Shown here: piece by piece, positions 1 to 9,381 of the stretch
Numbering within the stretch: position 1 is the stretch's first letter
Layout of the letters: every line of letters begins with the position of its first letter
Made by a program: the position numbers and the translations under genes
Notes under the pieces: model-generated
What the model was told of the DNA's origin: nothing
Seen by the model: only the letters and a program-made list of their open reading frames with translations
Database searches by the model: none
DNA from: Candidatus Staskawiczbacteria bacterium
GTDB lineage: Bacteria > Patescibacteriota > Minisyncoccia > Minisyncoccales > Staskawiczbacteraceae
Assembly (NCBI GenBank): GCA_903928565.1
Contig: CAIYRH010000007.1
Span: 14,139-78,138, forward strand
Reading direction: 5' to 3'
Length of the DNA stretch: 64,000 nt

Positions 1-467
1 CCTCCAATGAAATTAACCAACAATTCTGTGGCCTCTGAATTTATTTTTGACTTCTTATTAGCAAATTCAACGACAATCCATTTTTTCAAATCGTTAGGCG
101 AAAGACTATCAAAACTTTGGCACTTCGCATGCTTCTGTAATGCCTTAAATAATTTGGTTCTTTGGTCGGGAGCAGAATCTTCATAAACAACCACAATGTC
201 TTGTATTTCTTCTAAATTTTTTATGGCTTCAAGAAAATCTTCTTGAAATTTTTTGTTAATGAAGACGTTCTTTAAAATTATTAACTTTTTCTCTGCAAAC
301 ATCGAATTAATTTTTAAATTGCTATAAAAATCGCTAAAACTATTGGCAGACACGTCTATATAAATTAAGTTTAATCCAGATTTATGTTTTTCTTTGTAAC
401 TTAAAACTATCTCTTCTAGTTTCCTTTTTGACCTATATGAATCTTGTCCGAATAAAAAAATTATCAT
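1..467 (-). CDS. holA: DNA polymerase III delta subunit (partial, runs off window)
   Basis: Manual translation MIIFLFGQDSYRSKRKLEEIV...NSMFAEKKLIILKN fits the HolA N-terminus; ATGA overlap with the mutM stop; not in ORF track. Confidence 0.8.
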   Translation of the reverse strand, partial: MIIFLFGQDSYRSKRKLEEIVLSYKEKHKSGLNLIYIDVSANSFSDFYSNLKINSMFAEKKLIILKNVFINKKFQEDFLEAIKNLEEIQDIVVVYEDSAPDQRTKLFKALQKHAKCQSFDSLSPNDLKKWIVVEFANKKSKINSEATELLVNFIG

Positions 468-1336
468 TTTTGGCATTTGGGGCAAAAGAATGCACTTCTG
501 CCACCAAACTTTATTCTTTTAATTTTTTCTCCACACCTTATACACTTTTGATTTTCTCTTTTATAAACCCGCCTTTCGGTATCAAAGTCTCCCTTAGAAC
601 CATCGGGTTTGCGGTAGTCAGAAAAGCTTTCTCCGCCCAATTTAACACCCATAACCAAAACCTTATTTATGGCTTTGTAAATCAACTCTAACTCTTTTGC
701 CGTTAAATTTGCAACACTTTTTTCGGGATGGACTTTTGCCTGCCATAAAATTTCTGAAGAATAAATATTCCCAATGCCCGCAATTATTTCAGGCACCATT
801 AAAACTTGTTTTACCTTGCCTTTTTTGTTTTTTAATACTTCTTTAAATTTTTCTAAAGTAAAACTTCTTTCAAGGGGTTCGGGCCCTAAATTTTTAAACT
901 CATTTGAATTTAACAATTCTTTTGTATTCCACAATTCAATTTTGGCAAATTTTCTGGCATCGGAAAGAGCCATCATTTCTCCATTATTTAAAAAGAATAT
1001 TATATGCAAGAATCTGTTATAGGGGTCATTAAGTGGCCCTTTTTTAATTGGTTTCCAGGTGTTATTATTCAGCGCCCACTTCCCAACCAGCAAGTGCCCT
1101 GTCATTTTTTGGTGCACTAAAAGCGATGCTTCGCCAGACAATTCAAAAATAATATTTTTAGCTCGGCGCCAAATTTTTTTTATTTTTTTATTTTTTATTT
1201 CTTTTTCAAACTGTTTAAAGTCTTTTGGTTTTTTAACTGTTTTTTTCCAATCTGACCACACACCAACAAAGGTCCTGTTAAGGACCTTTGCATTTAAACC
1301 TTTTACTGTTGTTTCCACTTCGGGCAATTCTGGCAT
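464..1336 (-). CDS. mutM: Formamidopyrimidine-DNA glycosylase
   Basis: N-terminal MPELPEVE, GIGNIY H2TH motif, C-terminal CIRC...CPKCQ zinc finger. Confidence 0.97.
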   Translation of the reverse strand: MPELPEVETTVKGLNAKVLNRTFVGVWSDWKKTVKKPKDFKQFEKEIKNKKIKKIWRRAKNIIFELSGEASLLVHQKMTGHLLVGKWALNNNTWKPIKKGPLNDPYNRFLHIIFFLNNGEMMALSDARKFAKIELWNTKELLNSNEFKNLGPEPLERSFTLEKFKEVLKNKKGKVKQVLMVPEIIAGIGNIYSSEILWQAKVHPEKSVANLTAKELELIYKAINKVLVMGVKLGGESFSDYRKPDGSKGDFDTERRVYKRENQKCIRCGEKIKRIKFGGRSAFFCPKCQK

Positions 1337-1351
1337 ATATAAAACGATTTT

Positions 1352-1903
1352 TTAAACTGTTTCTTTTTTTGCTTTTATTTTATCAATTTCACTTTTAATA
1401 TCAGTGGCTTCTGCAACTCTTTCTTGCGCCTGCCCCTGCAATTTTGCCGCCTCCTGCATAAGTTTTTCAATTTCAATTGTTCTGTTTTTAACTTTTTGCT
1501 CTAGGGCATTTATTGTTTCTTGTAAATCTTGCGTTTTTGCTTTAACTTTTATTCCAACAGACTTTTCCGAGTTTGCGGCATTGGCTCTGCTGGTTTCTAG
1601 GTCGTCTGCTATTTTGTTAAAAATTTGAGCAAGCTCTCCAAATTCGTCTTTTGTTTCTAAATAAAATCTGGTTTTTAAATCTCCGTTGCTTAAATTTATT
1701 GCTCTTTTTAATATTTTTTGTACCGGAGCCGAAACCGTTTGCCCCACATGCAAACCATAAAAGAATATAAACACAGATAATAAAAATAAAATTATATAAA
1801 AACTTGGGTCTAAACCTTCGGGGTTTAAAGCTAAAAATACAACAACTGCAAACATTCCTGCCAAGATTACCGGTAGAGCTACTTTAAATGATATTTTCTC
1901 CAT
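1352..1903 (-). CDS. Membrane protein with HAMP domain and coiled coil
   Basis: Two TM helices, then GDLKTR...DEFGELAQIFNKI HAMP signature. Confidence 0.8.
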   Translation of the reverse strand: MEKISFKVALPVILAGMFAVVVFLALNPEGLDPSFYIILFLLSVFIFFYGLHVGQTVSAPVQKILKRAINLSNGDLKTRFYLETKDEFGELAQIFNKIADDLETSRANAANSEKSVGIKVKAKTQDLQETINALEQKVKNRTIEIEKLMQEAAKLQGQAQERVAEATDIKSEIDKIKAKKETV

Positions 1904-1937
1904 ATTTTAGAATAAATTTATTGTTAACATTAATTAA

Positions 1938-2819
1938 TTAATTATAACCCAGTTGTGGTATGCGGTCAACGAGACTATAAAACTCCAAACTATTAAAAAC
2001 TTCCGCCAATTTTTTTGCATCAAATTTGCCAAATTTACAATCTTCAATTACAAAATCTATTTCAACATTAGACTTCATTTGAGCTAAGTCGCGTGACATT
2101 AAGGCCGACTCTTTGTTTTGTTTTAATGCCTCTTTTACTTTTGGTTTTAAAATGGCGGTATCTGTAGCAAGTTCTTCGTAAAGATTTTTTATATTGCCAT
2201 ATTTTTGAATAATTTCCGCTGCCGTTTTTTTGCCAATGCCCGCAACTCCGGGGATATTGTCAGAAGCGTCGCCGGTTAAAGCTTTAAAATCTACCATTTG
2301 TTCGGGCTCCACTCCAAACCTTTCACGTACTTTTGCCGTGTCATAAATTACGGTGTCTTTTATTCCTTTGCCCAAAGTATAAACTTTAATTTTTTCGTTG
2401 ACAAGCTGAGTGTTGTCCATGTCTCCCGAAACAATAAAAATATCCAAATTAGGTGTTTTAGCACAAATGGTAGCAATTAAGTCGTCGGCCTCTACGCCTT
2501 CTTTTGCAAAAATAGGAATTTGCAAGGCTTCTACAACTGTTTTTGTAACAGGAATTTGTGAAACAATTCCACTAGGTGTTACAGGGCGTTGTGCCTTATA
2601 ATCTTTATACATTTCGTGCCTAAAAGTTGGCATTTTTGTGTCGAAACAAGCTACAACATACTCTGGCTTCAGATCGTTAATAGCCTTAAACAAAGTAAGC
2701 AAATACCCGTAAACCGCCCCAGTCTCCTGCCCCGCTTTTGTCATTAGCGGTGGCAAGGCATGAAACGACCTGTGCAACAACGCATTCGAATCAATAATAA
2801 TTAACCTTTTATTTTCCAT
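1938..2819 (-). CDS. 5'-3' exonuclease (PolA N-terminal/flap endonuclease domain only)
   Basis: IIDSNALLHRSFHA, EADD, SGDMD, GDASDNIPGV motifs; no polymerase domain. Confidence 0.9.
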   Translation of the reverse strand: MENKRLIIIDSNALLHRSFHALPPLMTKAGQETGAVYGYLLTLFKAINDLKPEYVVACFDTKMPTFRHEMYKDYKAQRPVTPSGIVSQIPVTKTVVEALQIPIFAKEGVEADDLIATICAKTPNLDIFIVSGDMDNTQLVNEKIKVYTLGKGIKDTVIYDTAKVRERFGVEPEQMVDFKALTGDASDNIPGVAGIGKKTAAEIIQKYGNIKNLYEELATDTAILKPKVKEALKQNKESALMSRDLAQMKSNVEIDFVIEDCKFGKFDAKKLAEVFNSLEFYSLVDRIPQLGYN

Positions 2820-2830
2820 TGCTAATTATA

Positions 2831-3295
2831 TCACGCTTTTAATTTTATTTCCCTTTTGTTTTCTGTGAGTGTTTTGAAATTTATTTTGATGATATTTTTA
2901 GGGAGGGCTTTTTTTATTCGTTCGGGCCATTCAATTGCCACAATGTTTTTTGGGTTAGAAATAATTTCTTTCCAGCCTAATTCCAAAACGTCTTTCTCGT
3001 CTTTTAGTCTGTAACAATCAAAATGGTAAAAGATATTAAAATGCTTCATAACTACATAAGTAGGGCTTAAGACTTTTTCTTTAATGCCCAAGCCTATGGC
3101 AAACCCCTGCAAAAATGTAGTTTTACCTGCCCCCAAATTACCGCGCAACGCCAAAACCGTAGCCTTCGGTTCGCCGAAGCCACGCGCGGAGGCGACAGTT
3201 TTTTGTGAAGTCCGACTTAACAAAATTTCTTTGGCCAGGTTCTCACCCAATTTTTGTGTGTCTTTTGCGCTTTTTGTTATGTGAGTTATTAACAT
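2831..3295 (-). CDS. tsaE: t6A biosynthesis ATPase TsaE, with an extra internal peptide
   Basis: GNLGAGKTT, SPTY, HFDCYRL, IEWPE. Confidence 0.93.
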   Translation of the reverse strand: MLITHITKSAKDTQKLGENLAKEILLSRTSQKTVASARGFGEPKATVLALRGNLGAGKTTFLQGFAIGLGIKEKVLSPTYVVMKHFNIFYHFDCYRLKDEKDVLELGWKEIISNPKNIVAIEWPERIKKALPKNIIKINFKTLTENKREIKLKA

Positions 3296-3341
3296 TGACT
3301 TATATAGCTAAATTTTATAGGGTATATTAACCTTTAAATAT

Positions 3342-4040
3342 ATGGAAAATCAAGAAACAAAAAATTTAATTAATGACTCTAAAAATATTTATTTAATAAC
3401 GTCTCAGGAGCCCGAAGCCATAGCTTCAACGCTGGCTCTTTTTTATACTTTAAAAGATTTAGGCAAAAATGTAAACTTGCTCATTGACGAATTGCTCGAA
3501 AATTTGAAGTTTTTGTCCCCCTCTATAGATTTTATTTCTTACCCAAAGAATTTTGTAATGTCCATTCCAAACAGCGTAGCTCAAATTTCTCAAATTTATT
3601 ACGAAAAAAATGACGAAGCATTAAAAGTTCATCTAACACTCAACGGCGGGATTATAAAAAAAGATAATATTTCTTTTTATTTTGCCGAGGCAAAACCCGA
3701 TTTAATTATAACAGTTGGCATTAAAGATTATCAAAAAGAGCTGGCAGAAAAGTTAAATTCATATGGCTTTTTATTAGATTCGCCAGTTGTGGATATCGAT
3801 AATAGCCAAGAGAACCAAAAATTTGGTAAAATTAACTTAATAAAAGACTGCTCACTTGCAGAGATAGTTGTTGGTTTAACTGAAAACCTTACAAAAGAGT
3901 CGGCGCAATGCTTATTAACGGGTTTAGTAATTTATACAGACAATTTTAAAAAAAATCTTACTGCAGAAATTTTTGAGCTGTCTGCAAAATTAATGAAAAA
4001 TGGAGCCGATTTAAAAATAATAACAGAAAATATAAAATAA
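3342..4040 (+). CDS. Degenerate DHH-family phosphoesterase-like protein
   Basis: DHH-like layout (IASTLAL, PDLIITVG, FGKINL, CLLTGLV) without the catalytic D/H residues. Confidence 0.6.
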   Translation: MENQETKNLINDSKNIYLITSQEPEAIASTLALFYTLKDLGKNVNLLIDELLENLKFLSPSIDFISYPKNFVMSIPNSVAQISQIYYEKNDEALKVHLTLNGGIIKKDNISFYFAEAKPDLIITVGIKDYQKELAEKLNSYGFLLDSPVVDIDNSQENQKFGKINLIKDCSLAEIVVGLTENLTKESAQCLLTGLVIYTDNFKKNLTAEIFELSAKLMKNGADLKIITENIK

Positions 4041-4042
4041 TT

Positions 4043-5374
4043 ATGGAAGAAAATAAAAAACTGCTTGGTTCGGTAACAATTTCGCCAAAAATTATTGAAG
4101 AAGTTAAAGCCCAAGTTAAAGACATTGGCGGTTTTAAGAAAAAAATTGAAGAATATTTAGTGGCCAGCATCACTGATTTATTAGATGTTATTTTATATGG
4201 CGCCATTACTTTAGATGTTTCCGACATCCACTTAGAGCCTCAAGAAAAAGAGGCCCGACTGCGAATTAGGCTAGATGGTATTTTACAAGATGTTGTTTTT
4301 TTTGATCATGCTGCCTACAAACACTTAATTTCAAGGTTAAAACTGCTTTCAAAACTTAAACTAAACATTACCGACAAACCACAAGACGGAAGATATACAA
4401 TTGAGGTTGATGAATTGTTAATTGAAGTTAGAACTTCCAGCTTGCCCGCCGAATATGGAGAATCTATTGTTATGAGAATTTTAAATCCAAAAAGTTTAAT
4501 TTCTTTAGACGACTTGGGTTTAAGAGAAGACCTTTATAAAACTTTTCAAAAAGAAATTGATAAACCAAACGGAATGATTATTGTTACAGGTCCTACGGGC
4601 GCGGGAAAAACAACAACTCTTTATGCTTTTTTGAAAAAAATTCAAAACCCCGAAATTAAAATTATTACCATTGAAGATCCAATTGAATATCACCTAACCG
4701 GAGTTTCACAAACGCAAGTTGCACCAGAAAAAGGCTATGACTTTTCCGATGGCTTAAGATCTATTGTAAGGCAAGACCCAGATGTTATCTTGGTTGGAGA
4801 AATTAGAGACTTAGAAACCGCTAAAATAGCCCTGCAAGCCGCCCTTACCGGTCACCTGGTACTTTCTACATTACACACTAACGATGCAGCTGGAACCATT
4901 CCACGACTTGTAGACCTTGGCGTAGAACCAGCAACCATTGCTTCTGGCCTAAAAATGGCAGTTGCCCAAAGACTTACCAGAAAAGTTTGCAAAAAATGTT
5001 CCACGCTTGTTGCCCCAGATGCTGGAATTTTGGCCAGTTTAAAAAAGGGGTTAAAAAATTTGCCAAAAGAAATCAAAATTCCCGAATTAGATAAAGTGCA
5101 AATTGCAAAAGCCAAAGAAGGCGGATGCAAAGATTGTAACTTCACGGGATATAAAGGAAGGCAGGGTTTATTTGAAGCATTTTTGGTAGATTCAGAAATG
5201 GAAAGATTTATTTTAACCAATCCCCCAGTTTCTGAGGTTAGAAACTTAGCAATTAAAAAGGGCATGGTAACTATGTGGCAATCGGGGTTAATAGATGTTG
5301 CAGAAGGCAGAACAACAATGGATGAAGTTTTGCGCGTTGTTGAAGAAGATGAAAATAAAATAATAGATCAATAA
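4043..5374 (+). CDS. GspE/PilB-family type IV pilus/T2SS ATPase
   Basis: SDIHLEP, GPTGAGKTT, TIEDPIE, RQDPDVILVGEIRD, TGHLVLSTLH. Confidence 0.93.
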   Translation: MEENKKLLGSVTISPKIIEEVKAQVKDIGGFKKKIEEYLVASITDLLDVILYGAITLDVSDIHLEPQEKEARLRIRLDGILQDVVFFDHAAYKHLISRLKLLSKLKLNITDKPQDGRYTIEVDELLIEVRTSSLPAEYGESIVMRILNPKSLISLDDLGLREDLYKTFQKEIDKPNGMIIVTGPTGAGKTTTLYAFLKKIQNPEIKIITIEDPIEYHLTGVSQTQVAPEKGYDFSDGLRSIVRQDPDVILVGEIRDLETAKIALQAALTGHLVLSTLHTNDAAGTIPRLVDLGVEPATIASGLKMAVAQRLTRKVCKKCSTLVAPDAGILASLKKGLKNLPKEIKIPELDKVQIAKAKEGGCKDCNFTGYKGRQGLFEAFLVDSEMERFILTNPPVSEVRNLAIKKGMVTMWQSGLIDVAEGRTTMDEVLRVVEEDENKIIDQ

Positions 5375-5377
5375 TTT

Positions 5378-5728
5378 ATGCCAAAAGAACCAGGCGAAAA
5401 ATTCCCAGAACACGACCCTGAGGCCAAACATGAAACGTCTGTTGTGGCCTTAAATGCGCTTAGAGGGTTTTATGTTTCCATGGCAGATGTTGAGGGGTTT
5501 GGCGCTGATAAGGTAGACTTAAACAGAATTGCCTTTAACGGTGATTATGGGAATATGAAACAAAGAGATATTTTAGCAGAAACATTAGAGGCAGTTGAGG
5601 AACATATAATTGACCTTCGTGGCGACTTAAGAGATGCGGCAGATGAATTAATTAGAAAAGCTAGAATATATTTATTAGACTATGACGCCAGAAACGAACC
5701 CGATACCTGGGGAAAAGCTGAAAAATAA
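5378..5728 (+). CDS. Hypothetical protein
   Basis: 116-aa ORF 3 bp after the ATPase stop. Confidence 0.65.
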   Translation: MPKEPGEKFPEHDPEAKHETSVVALNALRGFYVSMADVEGFGADKVDLNRIAFNGDYGNMKQRDILAETLEAVEEHIIDLRGDLRDAADELIRKARIYLLDYDARNEPDTWGKAEK

Positions 5729-5888
5729 CAAAAAAAAGCGGCCTTAGAGCTGGAGGTGTTCTTATGTCTGGGACATAAACAAAGATTTGCCTGAGGAATA
5801 ATCGAGCCGGAGCAAGATTATCCGAAACTGAGGTAAATCCAAATAAATACCTCCAACTCTAGAGCCGCTTATTGGTGTCAGTTCAATA
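5729..5888 (-). ncRNA. Putative 6S-like rod-shaped RNA
   Basis: About 25-bp closing stem between 5736 and 5870, asymmetric bubble, inner stems; minus-strand TGnTACAAT at 5895-5903; U-run after the stem. Confidence 0.4.
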
Positions 5889-5916
5889 TCTTCAATTGTA
5901 GCATTTTTTAATATAT

Positions 5917-6921
5917 ATGTCAACCCCTTTACCTAAACTTGATGAACAAACTTTAGACTCGGCTTTAAGGCCGAGTTCTTGGGCTGACTACGTTGGCCAA
6001 GACAAAATTAAAGAAAACATACAGGTAATTATTACCGCCGCCAAACAAAGGAGCCAAAGCCCCGACCATTTGTTGTTTTATGGCAATTCGGGCTTGGGCA
6101 AAACCACTCTTGCCTACTTAGTTGCAAACGAAATGGGTAAAAAAATAAAATCTACTTCGGGGCCAGCTCTTGAAAGAGCGGGAGATTTAGCTGCAATTTT
6201 AACAAATTTATCTGAAGGTGACGTTTTATTTTTAGATGAAATTCACAGAATTAACAAAACAATAGAAGAATATTTATATCCTGCACTTGAAGAATATAAA
6301 TTAAATTTAATTTTGGGCAAAGGGCCAATGGCGCGCACCATGGAACTAAAATTACCAAAATTTACTTTAATTGGTGCCACCACTCGCCCTGGTTTATTAT
6401 CCGCTCCCCTCCGCAACAGGTTTGGCGCAACATTTCAGCTTAACTTTTATAATTTAGAAGATATCAAAAAAATTATTGAACGCTCGGGCAGACTTTTAAA
6501 TATTAAGATGGAACCCGAAGCCGTAAAAGCAATTGCTGAACGCTCGCGCTTTACGCCAAGAGTTGCCAACCGCCTAGTAAAAAGAGTGCGAGATTTTGCC
6601 CAAGTGCAAAATGCAGAAATTATTACAGAAAAAATTGCCAAGCACGCGCTAGACTCTTTAGAGGTTGACTTAATGGGGCTAGAACCAAGCGACCGAAATA
6701 TTTTATTGGCCTTAATTGAAAAGTTTAATGGCGGGCCGGTTGGGTTGCAATCGTTAGCGGCGGCTGCCATGGAAGAAGAGGAAACAATTTTAGATATTTA
6801 CGAACCCTATTTAATGCAATGCGGTTTGCTTGAGCGCACTCCAAAAGGCCGAGTTGCCACCGCCTTAGCTTATAACCACCTGGGCCTTGGCCACCTTCGC
6901 AAACAATCTGGCTTATTCTAA
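5917..6921 (+). CDS. ruvB: Holliday junction branch migration helicase RuvB
   Basis: LRPSSWADYVGQ, GLGKTT, DEIHR, GATTR, GGPVG, EPYL, RTPKGR. Confidence 0.97.
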   Translation: MSTPLPKLDEQTLDSALRPSSWADYVGQDKIKENIQVIITAAKQRSQSPDHLLFYGNSGLGKTTLAYLVANEMGKKIKSTSGPALERAGDLAAILTNLSEGDVLFLDEIHRINKTIEEYLYPALEEYKLNLILGKGPMARTMELKLPKFTLIGATTRPGLLSAPLRNRFGATFQLNFYNLEDIKKIIERSGRLLNIKMEPEAVKAIAERSRFTPRVANRLVKRVRDFAQVQNAEIITEKIAKHALDSLEVDLMGLEPSDRNILLALIEKFNGGPVGLQSLAAAAMEEEETILDIYEPYLMQCGLLERTPKGRVATALAYNHLGLGHLRKQSGLF

Positions 6922-6931
6922 ACAACCCAAT

Positions 6932-6957
6932 AAAAAACCGCCCCTCGGCGGTTTTTT
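6932..6957. terminator. Bidirectional intrinsic terminator
   Basis: aaaaaaccgcc-cctc-ggcggtttttt between convergent genes. Confidence 0.85.
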
Positions 6958-7697
6958 TATTTTCCCTTATTCCATTTTACGTTTTTTAGGAATGGAGAAT
7001 AGATATCTTCGTTAATGCTAATTAGCAAGGGGTCTTTTTTGTAGGTTTTAGTCTCAAATTTAATGTCGCCCGCGTCTTCAATAACGGCAATTGGGGTTTG
7101 CTCGGCGCCCTCGCCCATTTCATAAACTGCAGCCGAAGCCAAAGAATCAACTATATTTGTTTGCGACATTTTTAATTTTCTACCAAAAATATCTTTTTTA
7201 CCGCGGTAATCTCGCAAAGGGTTAAAACCATAATATGCTAAACCAAAACCCACAATACCCGTTCTTAAAGGAGTTGTGTGACTGTCGGAAATTATTACTC
7301 CAAAATTCTTTAACTTAAACTCTTTTTTAGTAAAGTTATATATTTCTTTAGCGTCGGCAAAAGGATTTTTTGGCCACATAACATAATATCCGTTAGAATT
7401 GCTTTCATCTATGCCTGCTGTAGGAATTAAAATGTTATCTTTCATAGTCAGCATTACGTTGTATTTTGGGTGAGTGCTTTTTAAGTAAAAATCAGCCTCT
7501 TTTTTTATTAGGCTATCTTTATCTGTTTTCTTATCTATCTTTATGCAATCTCCGCGCCAGATAGACACCACCTTAGAGGTAACAATTACTACAGACTTCT
7601 CTTTTGGCTTATATTTTAAAAAACTGTGCTTTAAAACAGAAAGCAAATCATCTTGTGGAGGAACTAGAGGCCTGGTTTTAATTACTTTTACTTGCAT
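6957..7697 (-). CDS. CofE-like gamma-glutamyl ligase (putative folate metabolism)
   Basis: TSKVVS, PTAGIDESN, DSHTTPLRTG, DIFGR, MGEGAEQTP; start taken at MQVK. Confidence 0.85.
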   Translation of the reverse strand: MQVKVIKTRPLVPPQDDLLSVLKHSFLKYKPKEKSVVIVTSKVVSIWRGDCIKIDKKTDKDSLIKKEADFYLKSTHPKYNVMLTMKDNILIPTAGIDESNSNGYYVMWPKNPFADAKEIYNFTKKEFKLKNFGVIISDSHTTPLRTGIVGFGLAYYGFNPLRDYRGKKDIFGRKLKMSQTNIVDSLASAAVYEMGEGAEQTPIAVIEDAGDIKFETKTYKKDPLLISINEDIYSPFLKNVKWNKGK

Positions 7698-8349
7698 TGA
7701 ATAAAAGCTCTGGCTTAACAAGCGGTTTTAATGCCGAGGCAAATTTAAGGTTTGTAAGTTTATCTAAAGCAAAATTAAAGGCCAAACAACTTGCCCAAAT
7801 TCCCACTGTAAAAACACCTCTTTCAATAAACACAACTGGAATTAAACTTATCCAAATTGCGGGAGTTAAGCCAAATGTGTAAAGAAATATTACCGAACCA
7901 ACTGCGTGGGCTGTAAAAGTTGCACCCAAACTATTTAAAATTAACTTTTTCTTAAAGAAGGTGGCTACAAATGGAATTAACCAAATTAAAGAATACTCCC
8001 ACGCCTGCCTACCAATTGGGTTTAATAAAAATAATAAAATACAAATTTGAAAAATAATTGCAGTAGATTTTTGTTTTAGTCCAAAATAAACAGCTGCTAA
8101 CATTGCCGGCAAAAACCTAATTATAGTTAGCAAGTCTAATTTTTGATGCAAAAATATTACGTTTAAGGCCCTTACAACAAAAGCCGAAACCCCGCCCAAA
8201 ATTGGCCCCAAAAACATTCCCCCAATTGGCCCCAGTAATTCAAACAAAGTAAAACTTTGCCCAGAACCAACAATTTTGTTCACTGAAACTTGAAAGGCCA
8301 GAAGTCCCAAAACGGTAAATATTATTGAAAATAAGATTTTCCTATTCAT
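7678..8349 (-). CDS. Membrane protein, ECF S-component-like
   Basis: About 6 TM helices, GGMFLGP, AHAVGS, ERG; overlaps the CofE-like gene. Confidence 0.55.
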   Translation of the reverse strand: MNRKILFSIIFTVLGLLAFQVSVNKIVGSGQSFTLFELLGPIGGMFLGPILGGVSAFVVRALNVIFLHQKLDLLTIIRFLPAMLAAVYFGLKQKSTAIIFQICILLFLLNPIGRQAWEYSLIWLIPFVATFFKKKLILNSLGATFTAHAVGSVIFLYTFGLTPAIWISLIPVVFIERGVFTVGIWASCLAFNFALDKLTNLKFASALKPLVKPELLFNASKSN

Positions 8350-8400
8350 ATGTTTCTTTTATACTCCTTTTATTATAAAATACAATAATAAACTACATCT

Positions 8401-9381
8401 ATGAAAAAGCTTATATTTATATTCTATTTTATATTTATATTATCCCCTGCTTTTGCCTGCCTGCCGTTAGGCACGGTTTTAGCTGCGGACACAATTGATA
8501 TTAACACTGCAACATTGTCGCAATTAGACGAATTAACGGGAATTGGGCCAGCAAAAGCTCAGGCAATAATTAACGCAAGGCCATTTTCGTTAGTTGATGA
8601 ATTAGACAGGGTAAAAGGCATTGGCCCCAAAATATTGCAGGAAATTAAGAGTCAGGGAGTCGCTTGCGTAAACTGTGCCACCTCCGTCACAACTTCGGCG
8701 AGCCAAGCAGACAATAAACCGCCAACACCCGTGCCAACTCAAGATCCTACTCCCACAATAGTTTACCCCACTGGAATATTTATTAATGAAATTTTACCAA
8801 ATCCTTCTGGAGCAGATGAAACTAACGAATGGGTAGAATTATATAATTCTAATTCTACCGACGTAGATTTATCGGGCTGGCAAATTCAAGATACCGGTGG
8901 CACACCCACAACTTTTACAATAACTCAAGGACTAAAAATTTTAGCAAATGGATTTTTAATATTCAAAAGACCCGATACAAAAATAATGTTGAACAATAAT
9001 TCCGATGGCATAAACCTTTTGACACCCGACAAGAAAATCGTAGATTCGGCAACTTATTCAACTGCACCCCTGGGCCAATCTTATAACAAAACTTCTTCTG
9101 GATGGACTTTTAGCACTACCGCAACGCCTGGGGCAGAAAACATTATTACAACAAAAGCCCATTCGACAAGCTCAGGGCCTAAGGGCTTGTCAAAAGCAAA
9201 AAATTCTGCTAATAATGACTTAGCAACCCAAGGCTTGGCCGATATAAGCCAAAGCCTAGACCAAAATAACCTTCAAAAAAATAATCCTTGGTATTTATTT
9301 TTTACAGTTTTAGTAACAACAGTTGTTTTGGCAACAATTATATTATTTATTAAATTAAGATTTTCTAAAAAAACAATATGA
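8401..9381 (+). CDS. ComEA-like HhH + lamin-tail-domain surface protein
   Basis: Signal peptide, DINTATLSQLDELTGIGPAKA HhH, INEILPNP...EWVELYN lamin-tail domain, C-terminal TM helix. Confidence 0.85.
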   Translation: MKKLIFIFYFIFILSPAFACLPLGTVLAADTIDINTATLSQLDELTGIGPAKAQAIINARPFSLVDELDRVKGIGPKILQEIKSQGVACVNCATSVTTSASQADNKPPTPVPTQDPTPTIVYPTGIFINEILPNPSGADETNEWVELYNSNSTDVDLSGWQIQDTGGTPTTFTITQGLKILANGFLIFKRPDTKIMLNNNSDGINLLTPDKKIVDSATYSTAPLGQSYNKTSSGWTFSTTATPGAENIITTKAHSTSSGPKGLSKAKNSANNDLATQGLADISQSLDQNNLQKNNPWYLFFTVLVTTVVLATIILFIKLRFSKKTI

